Source: Sminthopsis crassicaudata (Eukaryota). Taken from it: a stretch of 64,000 nt of DNA. Shown in pieces: positions 50,684 through 64,000 of the stretch. The stretch spans positions 646,702,958-646,766,957 of the forward strand of contig NC_133617.1 in the NCBI RefSeq assembly GCF_048593235.1. Direction: 5' to 3'. Numbering within the stretch: the stretch's first letter is position 1; each line of letters starts with the position of its first letter. The notes under the pieces were generated by a model. That model saw nothing but the letters and a program-made list of their open reading frames with translations, made no database searches and was not told where the DNA came from. The translations under genes were made by a program, and so were the position numbers.

Positions 50684-52324
50684 CGCACATACCTAAACAA
50701 AAGTTCTTTGGGTATATCTCAATAATATGACAGTTAAAGGGGTACTGAGACCAAAATATTTGCAGCTGGTTTAAAAGAATTTTTAAAAAATCAATAAAGC
50801 CTCTCCCTGATCTTTAACATGACACTACAAGTCAAATTACACTGATCTCTAAATTTTTATTTTGTTGCTCATATTCAACTTTTTTAGTTTTCTGGGCAAA
50901 GACATTAGAACAGTTTGCCACTTTCTTCTGTAACTCCTTTTACAGATAAGGAAACAGACAAATATGGCTGTCGTTGTGCAGAGTCACATAGATATTAAGT
51001 GTCTCAGGCCAGATTTAAACTCAAGAAAATTAGTCTTTGCCTTAGTTCTTAACATTTTTGTGTCCTGGACCATTCTGGCAGTTTGATAACACTGATTTAT
51101 CAGAATATGATTTTTAAATAATTGAGAAAAGTGTGGTCTATGGAACTAAAACTTTTTTAAAGTCAGGAATAATTGCAAAACATCTTCCCCCACAAATTCA
51201 GCTACCTAGTTTAACTAGGCATCTATCCATTTATATCAATCTTAAACTTTTTGTGTGTCATGAACACCTCTGGCAATCTGGGAAAGTCTATGGACACCTA
51301 CTTAGAGAGTTAGGTTTATAAATAATTGAAAGAAATACTAAATTTCAGCTCGATAGTAGTGAAAAAAAGATACAATTTTTTTCTTATCCAAGTTTATGGC
51401 CCATGGACCTCAGAATAAGAATCCCTTCTCTAGCATAATTATCTCCTTTTTTTAAGAAGACAAACTTTTTAAAGACCAGAGAACTACATTTAACCTCAAA
51501 ATACATAAGGACTTCCTAATAACTTTATCTTGAAATGGCATGGGGCTATTTTGTGAACTCTCCACAACTAAAGGCGTACAAAGCAGATGACTACTTATTG
51601 GTGCTAAATGTAAAAAGAACTGACATCATCAAGGGGTTGGCCAAGGTGACTAAAATATTTTCTAATTTTAAGAATATGTGATTTTATTCATATGTCATAA
51701 GATGGCTCTCTATGAAGGGGAAGTATGAGAAACAGAGGGAGAAATTTAGACAATGTATAAACAAAAGTTATCAATAAAAATTATTCTTTAAAAATAACAT
51801 GAGTCTAATTTTTATTAACAAAAAAAAAAAAAGTTTGGGATTTGAGCACAGCTTTCCCAAAAGTCCCTTAGAGCTTGAAAATCTGATCATATGTATGAAA
51901 ACATCAACTTGCTTTGGCAGAATCCATATACATACCCTTTAAGGTTTTAAATCAATATGAAACTGGTAGGAATTTGGAAATGTAGTTTCTTAATTTTACT
52001 AATTCCAAATAAAACTTTAATATACAAATTGAATATTTAAGCTATAATTTTTGTTAAAAAAAATAAACAAAGATATAGTACAAACTTAAAATAAAAGAAA
52101 ACTGCTGGCAGTCATAAAAGTGATTTGTTTCCTAATTCAGATCAGATAAGCTTTATTTCAGAGCCTCCAAACTCTCGTCCTTCTATAAGAAATAATTATA
52201 AAACTTTCTCCCCTTTTTAGACATACCAACAGGACACGTGTAATTTTACTTCAGTTACATATATATATATACACTATTTTGATGATTTTAGAATAGGCCC
52301 AAACAGGACCTTTATTAGTTCCTA

Positions 52325-52708
52325 TGTGATGGCAGCTAATGGCAAGGGGCAAAAAAGCAGGATGCTGTTGCTACTCTCAGATGCAAGAAGCTTGGGTCAA
52401 GCTAAATGTTTCAAAGTCTGGGTCCCCAGGAGAGCCTTGTTAGTTTCAAAATCTTGATAAATCCCAACAAACGGTTGAAGATTAACCTCCCCTAAGAGAT
52501 AACCACTGCCTTATGCTATAAATACCCATTGCAAACTGCCTCCTCTGACCAACCAATTCTCTGATGTTGTTTTGTTCTACCTGCTGTTATGACAATAAAA
52601 TCCCTTCCTTTGAGAAACTACTCTGGCCTCATTGGAACCTTAAATCCCACTGAAGTTTAGATTCTGAAAAATCAGAAGCCATCTCTTTGTACTATACTAA
52701 TTACAACA
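52325..52708 (+). mobile_element. Probable solo LTR
   Basis: Starts TGTGATG, TATAAATA near 52518, AATAAA near 52594, ends ...ACAACA. No clean TSD found. Confidence 0.55.
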
Positions 52709-53029
52709 ATCTGATCCTCTGAGGCTTTGGGTTTTTTTGATTAAAGATGTTTGTGTGATAAGTATAGAAAATATAACAACCTAATAGTTTATGCAAAATC
52801 TACAAAATACATCAATGATGATAAAGTGTGCTTTTAAAAACCAAAAAAAGGCACAACTGTCAAATCCAGACTACTCTTTTAAAAATATGTAATGATGACA
52901 TCTCTTAGAAATTAGGTAGCCACAAAATTAGGTTTGGGTACTTAAACTTTTGATTTCATAATTAAAAGAAATTTCCTTAAGAGAAAACTCCCTCTCCTAA
53001 TGCATATCAGCACCTCCTTTGCAATTTAC

Positions 53030-53160
53030 AATCTCAGAAGAATTCTCAGAGCAAGAAATTTAGTGACTTATTTGCCCAAGGTCACACAGATAGCATATTA
53101 GAAACAAGTCTTAAAGCCAGGTCATCTGGGATTTCAGACAAGTTCTCATTCCACTATACA
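53030..53160 (-). mobile_element. MIR fragment
   Basis: agtgacttatttgcccaaggtcacacag...aaagccaggtc...ttccacta antisense core. Confidence 0.55.
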
Positions 53161-54176
53161 TCAAGGTACAAGATGGAGAAAACAACCAAAAATAGGTCAC
53201 TGGAATAATCAATTGGGGCTTTGTTATTTCATAACAAGAAAACTCCATGTTAAAAATATCATAAGTTCTAAAATTACCTGGGACAATAATGAGTTCACTT
53301 ATTTGTAGTAACTTGTTAGTTTTTCCTGCTTGTTAAAATAATTGATAAATTTACCACAATTAACTAAACTGTGACTTTAAATATTAGACATTTTAATATT
53401 ACAGATAATATATTTGCAAAACAGATCCTTTACCAACCTCACAATGAGCCATAAATTTAGGAATGATGACCCACTTCATTTTACAAGTTTACCATATTAA
53501 TAGAATACAACGATACCAAGCATTTGCAATTGTTTCAATCTAGGAATATCAGGTGAAAACAACTAGGAAGGAAAAAAAAAACCACCAGGATCAAGACAAA
53601 CATCCATTCTCTTACCTGGGGAGCAATGATACACAGAGTCTTGTAGAAGCAAGGTATCTCTCCTGCTCTGTTTACTTTGATCAAATGAAATAAGTGATTA
53701 TAGATGTTTAAATGTTCAAAAGGTTAAATTTTAATAATTAAAGCTAAGTTAAATTATACTCTCTAAGAGAAACTAAGGTATTATGAGATCCACATGTAAA
53801 TAACTGCAAAAAAGCATTAAGAAATATTCAAAAGAAAAGAATTGTGATTTTCCAAGATGAATTTGGAGAAAATGTATACCTTCACATAAATTTTACAAGT
53901 TATTATTTCCAAGGAGTTTAAAAAAAAAATTTTAAACTAGAGCAAAAATGTAAACTACTCATCCCCTGTATTAATATGAAATGAACACATTTCAGTAATG
54001 AAATATATTCTTTAAAATCCTGGGAAATTTAGGCATCATTTGTCCCATCAGATTAAGGTGACTCACCACCATTAATTCAGTGCAGCTCAGTGGAAAAAAC
54101 ACTAGCTATAAAGTTCTAGAATCTGTGTTCAATCCTGCATTTCATACTCCCTGGTGTAAATTTTACCTCATACAGA

Positions 54177-54872
54177 TTTTCGGGGATCCCAATCATCAGG
54201 GAACCAAATGATATGGTTAGGGAACCAAAATGATGCAGTTAGTAGCAGTGCAGAGAGTTGAGGTGTGAGAATCCCTTTCTGGTCAGCACATGTCCAATGT
54301 GAAAGAATTCACGAACCCGAAATATTAGACTGGCAAAAGGAAGTTTATTGTTAGCACTGAGAAGTCAGTTTTTGCTAGGAAAACTGATTTCCGAGTGACA
54401 AAGTCCTGGCAGAGATAAAGATCCTAGTAGAGCAATCAAGAGGGGTTATCACTGGGAAGAGAATATCTTCACAGCAGGCAGAAATGATCCTGCTTTGGAC
54501 ATTCTGCAAAGAAATGAGCCCCAAACAGCCTTTTAATAGGAAAATCTAAAGTTTCAATAAAATGAAATTACTTCAATGTTGTCACTGCCCCCAGGTCTAG
54601 CTAGATTCCCAGTTGAATAAAATCACTTAAGTTCCAGCTAAGTAGGAGCGGTCCTACACTAATTTTCAGCTCACTAGAAGATGCAGCTTCTCAATAGAAA
54701 TATCAGGTCCAGATCTCCAGCTAAATGAGACCACAAGTTCCAGCTAAGTAGGGAGTGGTCCTGGGCCAATCTTAATGAAACCACTTTATTGCCCCAAACG
54801 GTGAGTCCCTGTTAGGAGAGTTTCAGGGCTCACCCCAAAAGTTAAGGACAGTTTCAGGATTCCCCCATCAAC
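54177..54872 (-). mobile_element. Probable solo LTR (ERV1-like)
   Basis: Minus strand begins TGTTGATGGGGAATCC, has duplicated U3 motif AGTTCCAGCTAAGTAG (near 54630 and 54737) and AATAAA on minus near 54344. The low-coordinate end is approximate. Confidence 0.6.
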
Positions 54873-55350
54873 ATTACCCCAGAACACGGCAACACCTCCT
54901 AAATGAGAATCATTCAAATCAGTTGGGCCTAACTAAATACATAGCAAAAAAAAAAAAAAAATTATGAAAAATATCCATTGTCCCTATTGTATTCTGTTCA
55001 GGACAACATACAGAATTCACTAATACAACTATGTTTTGGGGTAAGTCTGTCATAGATATACATCAAAAATTTAAAGCTGTTAAAAAAAAATAATAATCTA
55101 AGACTGAATGAAATATACTGAGTGAAGACCTCTCCTAAGAATGTGGCCCAGATTTATACCCAAATTATAACTTGAAACTTTGCAATAGTGCTATATCAAA
55201 AGCCACAGGTGTATCCTTATCTTAAATAAACATACCTAATATGGTAAAGAGTGTGTCATTTGCTAGTATTCTTTGTCTCTGGGTAAAATTTTTGTCTCTG
55301 GGTCAATTTCCCATTTAGAGTTAAGCCTTTTTTCCCCTATTTTTTTATGC

Positions 55351-55933
55351 TGTGTGGAATAGAGAGTTAAGGTGAAGAACTTACAGGAATGTGTGGATTC
55401 TTTTTCTGTATTTTATTTTCATTATTTCTGTGTTTCCCCTATGACCTGCTTAAGTACAATTATGTGCAGGCCCATATTTACTTGAGCCTTGGCCAGCTAT
55501 AAAAAAATTTACTTAATCTAAGCTGATGGCATTTATCAGTATTTGACATTTATTGATATTTAGTTTATTACTGATATTTAGTCTATTAGCTTGACCACTG
55601 TCTGCTTGATTATCTGAAGGCCAGATTTTGTTTCCTAGAAATCAGGTGATCTTGGGGAAACAAAAACCTTCCATTCCAATCTCTCCAGATAGCAACAACC
55701 AATTAGATGCCTCCTCCTACCCTTCTCAATGCTCTTACTTGTGATGTAATCTCTTGTATAAAAGCTGTGTATCTTTACTACTTCTTTAGCCCTCCTACCA
55801 CAAGCTTTCTCTTTCCCTTATCTCGTGGTAGAACTGCTCATCCTCGTGAGGATTAATAAACAATGTTTCTGCTTTCCATTTTGAGTGATCTCTGAGTAGT
55901 CATTTTGGGTAAGGATCTTCTACATCCCACACA
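55351..55933 (+). mobile_element. Solo LTR, ERV1-type, 583 bp
   Basis: Perfect terminal inverted repeat TGTGTGG...CCACACA and perfect 4-bp TSD ATGC (55347-55350, 55934-55937). TATAAAA near 55757, AATAAA near 55855. Confidence 0.9.
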
Positions 55934-56848
55934 ATGCCCAAACATTTTTTTTAGTTTAATACTATGTTAACTGATTTCATGCAGATGCAATTCTTAGAAA
56001 ACAAAAAATATAAAATGCACACTGATAAAAAGGAACTGTTCACTACAAATAAGGATAAAAACAAAATCTTATCAAGAAGTATAAGTTTTAGATATGCCAT
56101 CTGCTTTTTTAAATCTGAATGATAAAAGTATTTTGAGTGCTGAAAAATTACTAGTTCACATAGTTTTTTATTAAAATTTCCTACAACTTTCAAACAAAAA
56201 TTGAGTTTACAAATAACAGAATTATAAAGGAACCACCAGATGTCACTATTAGTATTAACTTTTAATCTCAATATCACACATGAACAAATTTTTCTGTAAA
56301 ACAAATTTAAAATTATACTGCAAAATCACTATATTTTATATGACCTTTTTTGTCTTCATTTTTTTTAAATTTCATTACTATATTCTTTTTACATCACAAA
56401 TGCTTTCTAACAAATAGTAAAACAAAACTCTTTACAAGTTTTGTAGCCTCTTCAGAAGATTAAAAAAGTTCAAGAAACATAATTTCTGGGTAATTTAATC
56501 ATCTTATCAATAATACATTTTAATAAAAGGATGGTCATTTGGCACTCTCTTAGACCAAAGACCATCATCTTAGCATATGTCCTTTTGGGAGAGAAATGTT
56601 CCTAGGTAGGTAATCAACTCTGATAGGCTAATAATTAATGAGATAATGAATATTACCAAGAGGGGCTGAATCTAAATTTTGATTGTGTCATTTAATTCTT
56701 AAATTAAGCCCAGCCTTGGGCAACTTGCTTCCACCCAAATCAGATTATAACACAGTAGCTACCCCACCTAGGATCTGAACCAGAAAATAAGTCCCATCTC
56801 ATTATCAGCAATGTCCTTCATAAGACTTTTAAAGTTAGGACTTTAGAG

Positions 56849-57050
56849 CATTTAACATGTATGGAACTGCCTGTCATCTAGGGGAGGGGGTGGAAGGAGG
56901 GGAAAATTTGGAACAGAAGTGAGTACAAGGGATAATGTTGTGAAAAATTACCTATGAATATGTCCTGTCAAAAAAAAAAATTATAATTATAAAATAAATA
57001 AATAAATAAAATTATAATTATAAAATTAATTTTAAAAAATTCAAAAAAAG
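56849..57050 (+). mobile_element. Short L1 3' terminus with A/T-rich tail
   Basis: tttaacatgtatggaactgcctgtcatctaggggagggg...aaaaattacc followed by an aattataattataaaataaa tail. Confidence 0.75.
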
Positions 57051-57234
57051 AAAGAACAGGGGGTGAGAAGGACAGGATTCTGGTTCTCCCCAAATTATTG
57101 GTTATTATTAATCATTTTTCTCACTCTTCACATTGATTTTATATTGTTACGATCACTATATGTCTTTTTTTTTTTTAGTCATCTGTCTCTCCCCAATGAA
57201 CATTTTTTTTTTCAGTTTCTCCATTCAATGCTTG

Positions 57235-57710
57235 TAATGGAACAATACTGTGCTATTAAGAGTAATTTTGGAAAATCCTGGAAAGATTTGCACAAACTGA
57301 TGTAAAGCGAAGTGAGCAAAACCAGGATTATAGCAATGCTGTAAAATGATCAACTTGAATTATTTAACTATTTTCAACAATGCAAAGATTCAAGGTAATT
57401 TCAAAGGACTCATGATGAAAAAAATGATACTTCTAGAGAAAGAACTGAAAGGAATCTGAATGCTTATCACAGGTCATATTTTTTTCATGGGTTTTTTTCT
57501 TTGGGTCTGTGTCTTCTTTCACAAAATGACTAATATGGCAATAAGTTTTACATGATTACACTTGTATAACCTTAATCAAATTGCTTACCATTGTAAGAAA
57601 GGTGGAAGTGAGAGAGAAAAGAAGAGAATTTGGAACTTGAAACTTTTAAACTGTATATTAAACACTGTTTTTATATGAAACGAGAAAAAAATAAAATAGC
57701 CAAAAAATTA
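57235..57710 (+). mobile_element. Old L1 3' fragment
   Basis: ctggaaagatttgcacaaactgatgtaaagcgaagtgagcaaaaccagg motif and 3' UTR-like sequence. Confidence 0.7.
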
Positions 57711-57799
57711 AAAATAAATTTCTCAGTACATATCAAAATACAATAATCAATTCACATATTTTCCATGTCTAAAAATGTGTCTTTTTCTGTATGTTAAAG

Positions 57800-58340
57800 T
57801 CTATCACCTCTATCAGAAAGGAAGGAGAATGTTTCATTCTTTTGGATTTCTGTTTTACCACTGTGTTGAATATTTTTCTAAAATATTTCAAAATTGTTTT
57901 CCTCTATAATGATACCATTATATACACTGTTCAAGTTCTGCTCACTTTACTCTGCACCAATTCACAAAACTCTTTTCAGATTGCTCCAAAATTATCCATT
58001 TCATCATTTCTTATAACACAATAAGACCTTCATTATACTTAAGTATTACTGCTTTGTCATTTCTTCAATGTGGCCACCATAAAAAGAGCTAATATAAAAA
58101 TTTTTGTACATAAAATCTCCTCTTTCTTTGATCTCTTTCAGATATAAATGTAGTAGTAGTATATAGCTGGGTCAAAGGGTGTACAGACAATGATAAATTT
58201 TCTGGGCATTATTCCAAACTGTTTTCCAGTGTGGCTGGACTAATTCACAGATGCACCAACAATGCACTAGTATAACCTGTTTTTCCCACAGCCTCTGAAA
58301 TATTTGCAATCTTCCTGTTTTGTCATTTTGCATGCATACA
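57800..58340 (-). mobile_element. Old L1 3' fragment
   Basis: atagctgggtcaaagggtgtacag...tgggcattattccaaactgttttccag is antisense L1 ORF2 end. Confidence 0.7.
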
Positions 58341-59329
58341 AGCAAGCACACATCTACCCACAACATGCATTCTATTATACACTGATCTCCAGGATGGCTT
58401 ATGAAAAAGCTCAGACAACATATGTTACACATCTTGCTCTATTTTGGCTGCTTCAGCAGATACAGAAGGCAGACCTGGATCACTGTTAAACCCTTCATTG
58501 TTTTAGCTCATGAGTTAAACACCACAGAAAAATAATCAGAACCATATCAATAGTTTTTCCTATTCCAAAAAAAATTTTGGGGGTAATTTACTATTAGTAA
58601 TATTACTCTTAAAATACAAAGGCCTCCACCTGGCCTAAAGTCTTCCAAAATATGGTTTTTCACATACCTTTCTTAAATTAGTTCATATTATTATTATCCA
58701 TTCCAATTAAACTAGCTTAATCTCCATTCCCTACAATCTTCTATCTCTCATGCCCATACATTTGCAGGTGTTGCTCCCAACATCTGAAAGACACTTTCCT
58801 CACTTATACCTTTTGGCAATCCTACTTTCCCTTCAAAGCACAACTTTAAAACATATCACCTAGAAAGAATCATAGGATTAAGGCAGAACAATGCAATAGG
58901 CACAGTATGACTTTCCCCTGGGATACTGATATATTGTAATTTGGCATAAGAAATTAAATGAGAATTTTGCAGGGAGTTTTGTAGAAACTACAAACATGCA
59001 AAGGTCAGATAATATAGAAAAAGTTTAGAAATTCAGAAATATATATTATCAACCCAAATTTTATAATAATGTACTGTAAACATCCCATTAAAAAAAAAAA
59101 TTCAGACTTCACTGGTAGGGAAGGCCAAAACATTTTAATGTGGATTTTCTGGATCACAGAAATCCTTGTAGAATGTGGAAGGATAACTGTATGAAGTGAC
59201 CATAGGCAAATCACTTAAATTTCTGTAGGCCTTAGTCTCTTTATCTATAAAAAGGAGGGGACTAGATTAGATGAATTGTAAGAGTTCCTCAATCCAACAA
59301 TCATAATGCTAAATGGCACATAGACAATA

Positions 59330-59540
59330 TAATTCTGAAATCAAGAAGACTTGGAATCAAATCCTGTCTCAGACAGCTACTAGCTTTGTGACCCTAAATA
59401 ACAACTTCCCAGGGCTTCGGTTTCCCCAACTGTAAAATGAGGAGGATAATAGCACCTATCTCTCAGATATGTTAGAATAAAGCAGGTTAATATCTATAAA
59501 GCACTTGGCAACTTTCAAGGACTATGCAATGCTAGTTATT
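59330..59540 (+). mobile_element. MIR fragment
   Basis: tcaagaagacttggaatcaaatcctgtctcagaca.ctactagctttgtgaccct...ctgtaaaatgaggaggataatagcaccta. Confidence 0.62.
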
Positions 59541-60741
59541 AATGATGCAGCCCCCCCCTCCTTCATTCTCTTTATTCAGCTGACATTCCAGTCAATTTCT
59601 CTGAAGCTTTTGAGTAATGTCTATTCCTAGATATACATTGTAGAGGGGCCTTCCCACTGTGTCCCATTTCAAAGCAAAGTCAGATAAATTCTGAGAGCTT
59701 TCTCTCAGCCATAAGGCTTTTTTTCCCTGGCTGCTGAGGCATTCTAGCCCTAAAGTGTAAAGACACTCCTGAACCCCAGAAGGGGATGGGAAAATCTTCC
59801 CCACACCAAGCCACAAGACATTAGCTCATAACTCTTAGGTTATCTGGGATGGATCCAATTCTTGCTTTTTGTCTTTTTTCCTTTAGTATGAGATCTCAAA
59901 AGAGAGCTAGCACCTTCCCTAAGCATCAGCATCATTAGCTACCAAAACAGTTGTGGCAAAAATGGTGTTATGAGGCAGTCTGGTAAAGAACAAGGAAGAA
60001 GGAGGCACCTACTCATTATCGATTAAATTGTAGTGGGTGTTAAGAGAAATGCAAAAGAGCTTATAAGGCTACACAGGTCTCAACAAGATCTAGAGACTAA
60101 CCATTCAGCTGGTTGTAGTCACTGATTAATAACGTCCTGTGTGAAAATAAAGCTGACTTTCTATACCTGATACACGTTAGTACTTGAAGCACTTTTTACA
60201 TTGTCCTCCCATTAGAAAAGATCCCTTAGATTAAAGCCAAAAAAACAGGATTGTTCCTCTGCAATCAAAAAAGGCTAGGGGGAACTGAAGCATTGAGAGC
60301 CTGACTCCCCTCCTGAGGAGACCCACACTTCAGAGCAAGGAACCTGGGAAAAGCAGGTACAGCCAGGAAACAGGATTGTAGAAGGCTGCCAACCTACTGG
60401 TGTCTGGCTGGACACTGAGTCAGAAAAATATCACAAATTTATATCTGCAAGAGCCATCCAATCCAATCGTTTTAAAGATAAAAATAGGGAATATGTGAGG
60501 CTTTTCCTGATTCTCCCATTTGTTAGTGCTTTATATTATTTAATGAATATATTTTACATATCTGAATTTTTATTGTATGCTGTTTCCCCAAAAAATCTAA
60601 GCTCCTTAAGGGAAGTAACCATTTGTTTTTATCTATATCCCTAGTCTTATCAAAGTACCTTGCACATGGTAGGTATTTAACAAATATTAAATGCTGAATT
60701 TGTTAAACTGATCAAGCACACTTAAAAAGTGAATGATTACA

Positions 60742-61240
60742 TGTAATGGTCTCTTGTCTCTCAATTATAATCCTTCTCTGAGAAGAGGTTTCTTTTCTGT
60801 CCATCTTTTTATCTGGGAGCAGGTTTCTTGGGAGGCTTCTGGAGCCTCCAGCCAGAGCGAAGGTAGATGTGGGAATGAATCAGACTCTGACTCCAAGAGT
60901 GTGGGATTGTGGGTTTCCCAGAATTCAATCCTAGATGAGAATCTCCCAGAAGTCCATGAACAGGCTTTTCCTTTAGTTCTTATGAATCTGCTCTTGTCCA
61001 AGTGTCCCCAGTTAGTACCACAGTAGAATCTCGAATCCCTTCCTTACTAAATCCCGGCTCCTTTTATCCTCCCAGAGAATGGGCTTATGGGTACTCCAGG
61101 GGCTTGTGGGAACTCCTTAACAACCAATGAGCAAGCTCCTTTTAAAGGTGTAAACTCCTTTAAAGGTTTGAACTAAAGGTGTGAACTCTGAGCTAGAGAA
61201 CTGTTAAGTACCAACTTAGCAACTAATAAGGATCCTAACA
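60742..61240 (-). mobile_element. Solo LTR, ERV2-type, 499 bp
   Basis: TGTAATG...GATCCTAACA with perfect 6-bp TSD ATTACA (60736-60741, 61241-61246). TATA-like GGGAGGATAAAAGG on minus at about 61062-61073; U3 repeats AAAGGTGT(A/G)AACT. Confidence 0.9.
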
Positions 61241-61580
61241 ATTACAAGCTTTTAAATGGACATATTCTTTCTTTAATTTCTTTTAAATGGACATATATCT
61301 AACCAACAATAAGTGTTCTAAGGAAGTATCTCAAGTAATTAGAATGAAAATTCTAATACAATATTCCCCAGCTTTTTCATATAAAAAAAAGATTCCTTGT
61401 AGCCTCATAAATTTTCAAGGACCACTTCACACGCAAAGCCATTCTACCACCAGTATATGACTGAATTTCATGAATCAGAATAGCTTTCATATAAATCTGA
61501 AAAGGACCTAATAGATAGTTGGGCAAAAAAATCCTTTATTCAGGTTACAGAAGATATATGCAGTTATTTATTAACTGGGT

Positions 61581-62111
61581 TGTAATGTTCTGTTGTCTCT
61601 AAATTGTAATTGTTTTCTGAGAGGCTGGTTTCTTGGAGAACTTCTGGAGGCAGCCTTGGCTTCAGTTCCATTCAATAATCCCAAAATGCAACCAGGAGTT
61701 AAAGTCCTTTACTGTCTCTTTCCAAATCTTATCTCCAGATCCTTTATTTTCTCCTTCAAGTCTTATCTCCTTCATTTGGGGCTCGGCTAGCTTTCTGTAG
61801 ACACCTTTCTCTCTCCTTGATTCCCCAAGAGCTCTTGTCCAAATGTCTCCAGCCAGCACCACGGTGGAATCTTGAATGAACTCTTGACTCTGAATCTCCT
61901 AGAGTGTGGGAATTAGACTCCGCCTCCAAGAGTGTGGGATTGTGGGTACTCCTTGGGCTTATGGGAGATCCTTAAAAGTATGCTCTCTTAAAGGTGTAAA
62001 GTCTAATATGTGGGCCAATGAGCGAACTCCTTTAAAGGTATAAACTTCTTTAAAGGTATAAATTCCTTTAAAGGTGTGAACCAAGTACTTTACCTTATAA
62101 GAATCCTAACA
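61581..62111 (-). mobile_element. Solo LTR, ERV2-type, 531 bp
   Basis: TGTAATG...GAATCCTAACA with perfect 6-bp TSD CTGGGT (61575-61580, 62112-62117). Shares U3 repeats and the GAGTGTGGGATTGTGGGT motif with the 60742 LTR. Confidence 0.9.
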
Positions 62112-63889
62112 CTGGGTCATTCAATGATGTGACCAGTACTATTCCATAGCTTCTAGAAAATAGAAATCATTGAAGCAATAAAAATCTCAATCTTAAATCT
62201 AACACTAAAAAGTTGTTTTGGCATTCAGATTTCAATGCAACTAGTACAGAAAATTCTTTTTCATAAACATCTTCTGTGGGAAGTAGAATTCAGTATCTCA
62301 CAACTTTTATCAAACAGGCCTGGGTATCCAGAATTATATAGCTGGGTAAGCTAAGTGTTTTTGTGTTAAGATTAATTGTTTTCCTATAAGGCAAAAATGA
62401 AGTACCAAAAATATAAAATCATCAACATATAAACCATTATGCATGTCACATCATTTATTGGACTAAGAATAGATCAAAATGGCACTGACTGGTGCCTATA
62501 TGAATTTGTGAGCCCAAAACAATCAGTTCCATAGCTCCCAACTTTGATTAGGAAATAATAATCTAGTCTGGTAAAAAAAGTAATTGGCATGATAGACAGG
62601 AAGCCTGGGTCCCGGTTACTGATTCAGTCATCAATGAGTTCTGGGCAGGTCAAAATGTGACTATACCTCAACTTCTTTATTAGTAAATAAGAAAAATAGT
62701 AGTAAGACTACTGTGAAGATAAATAAAATATATGTAAATATACTTTGAAATTTTTTTATAATTTTGCATAAAGAAATATTATTCTTTACTCAAAAAAAAG
62801 TCGTTTTTCTCCAGCTTCTATTTCATGTAAAAAGGCATCGTTTCCCAATACTTACCACCCAGGCTGGGTATCATCTCTTATAACATCCTGTGCTTTAAAA
62901 AAAAACAAAAAACAGGAAGACAGATCTGTAACAAGGATTGTTAAAGATCATTCATGCTGAGAAATCCAATCCTTTGGGATGTATGTAGAGAAAAACTGAT
63001 CCTATTTTAACAAGCGGGTTCATAATGTTAAAAACTAAGCTGTGAAAATAAGCTACCTCAAAAAATTCAACATTAATTTACTTGAGGATAGGGGAAAAGG
63101 AAGAATGGAAAGAACTTATTTTATCCCATGATACTATTTATCAAATTGTTAGATCTCATCACAATAGATCAGGGATTCCCAATCTGGGGTACACATAAAA
63201 CCAGATAGTGGGAGAAGCTTGTCAAGCTATGTGAGGGGCAGAGAATGGGGAAAGACTTGGTTAATAATAATGTTTCAGGAAATAGTTTTCCTTATGGAAA
63301 AATTATTTTTTTATTTCTATGAGGCAGCATAACACAGAAGATGGAAAGTTGGCCTCAAAAACAGCATTCAAGTTCAAATCTCACCTCTAAAACATACTAG
63401 CAAACCACTTAACCCCTCAATGTTGTACATGGCTCTAAAAGACGATATAATAGCAAAGTATCAAACTGTACTGGGGATTTCTGCATTAGGGAGATACATA
63501 ATTAAATCATAAGCCCAATCTTTATTCCAATCCTGTTTTAATTCATGTGTGAACATATCAAGTAAAACCTACAATTTATTTCCTTTCAAAATTTAATAGG
63601 ATATACAGGAAATTCACTAAAAGCCAATGGATACAGAGAAAGAAAAAAAGGGATTCTTAACCTGAAGTCCATGAAATAGGTCTAGTTTTTAATATTTTGA
63701 TCACTATTTCTTACATTTGGTTTTTTTTGGTAATTTTTTTAATATATGTGAAAGAACAAGTTTAATGGAGTTTCTAATTAACATACTAATGGAAAGTAAT
63801 TTTTACCATAAACATTTTTTGTTCATTTACATTTTTTATAAAAAAAAAAGTAAGCTGGCAATTTGGGGTGATATTCTTTTTTTTATCCA

Positions 63890-64000
63890 TGAGATTTTTT
63901 TTAATAAGAGCTTTTTATTTTCAAAATACATGTAAAGACAGTTTTCTTCATTCACCCTCACAAAATCTTGTGTTCCAAATTTTTCACTCTTCCTTCCCTC
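63890..64000 (-). mobile_element. L1 3' terminus running off the window
   Basis: T-rich tail then ttttattttcaaaatacatg...tgtgttccaaattttt. Confidence 0.6.

Noticed and set aside
53616-53662. Consensus donor CAG|gtaaga on the gene strand with an upstream AG
   Set aside because: The phase-0 frame has no ATG before an upstream stop, the acceptor lacks a polypyrimidine tract, and there is no TTC39 similarity. A non-coding exon cannot be excluded.
62856-62892. Donor GTG|gtaagtat with a T-rich acceptor upstream on the gene strand
   Set aside because: The frame needed to join the 42013 exon contains TGA, and there is no protein similarity.

Overview
AT-rich, CpG-poor eukaryotic DNA from a draft assembly with two N gaps. 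The repeat content (WSINE1/SINE1-type and Mar1-type SINEs, marsupial-type L1 3' ends) points to a marsupial, probably a dasyurid; this is inferred, not proven. The window is mostly intronic sequence of TTC39B on the minus strand. I traced seven coding exons by hand (42013-41979, 13456-13352, 11003-10872, 9983-9907, 6050-5983, 3223-3159, 936-831). All have AG/GT boundaries and matching phases, and they splice into one open frame: [196 protein letters not shown]. The rest of the gene lies outside the window. The introns hold L1, L2, L3, CORE-SINEs and at least seven LTR loci. Most ORFs in the supplied track are spurious or repeat-derived. Best leads: a candidate ATG-bearing alternative first exon (46793-46713), a candidate 15-nt in-frame microexon (23237-23223), a rearranged betaretrovirus-like insertion with tandem LTRs, an inverted integrase piece and a 6-bp TSD (17521-18946), and an L1 whose target-site duplication overlaps an exon's splice donor. 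No prokaryotic-type system (CRISPR, operon, rRNA, tRNA gene) is present.
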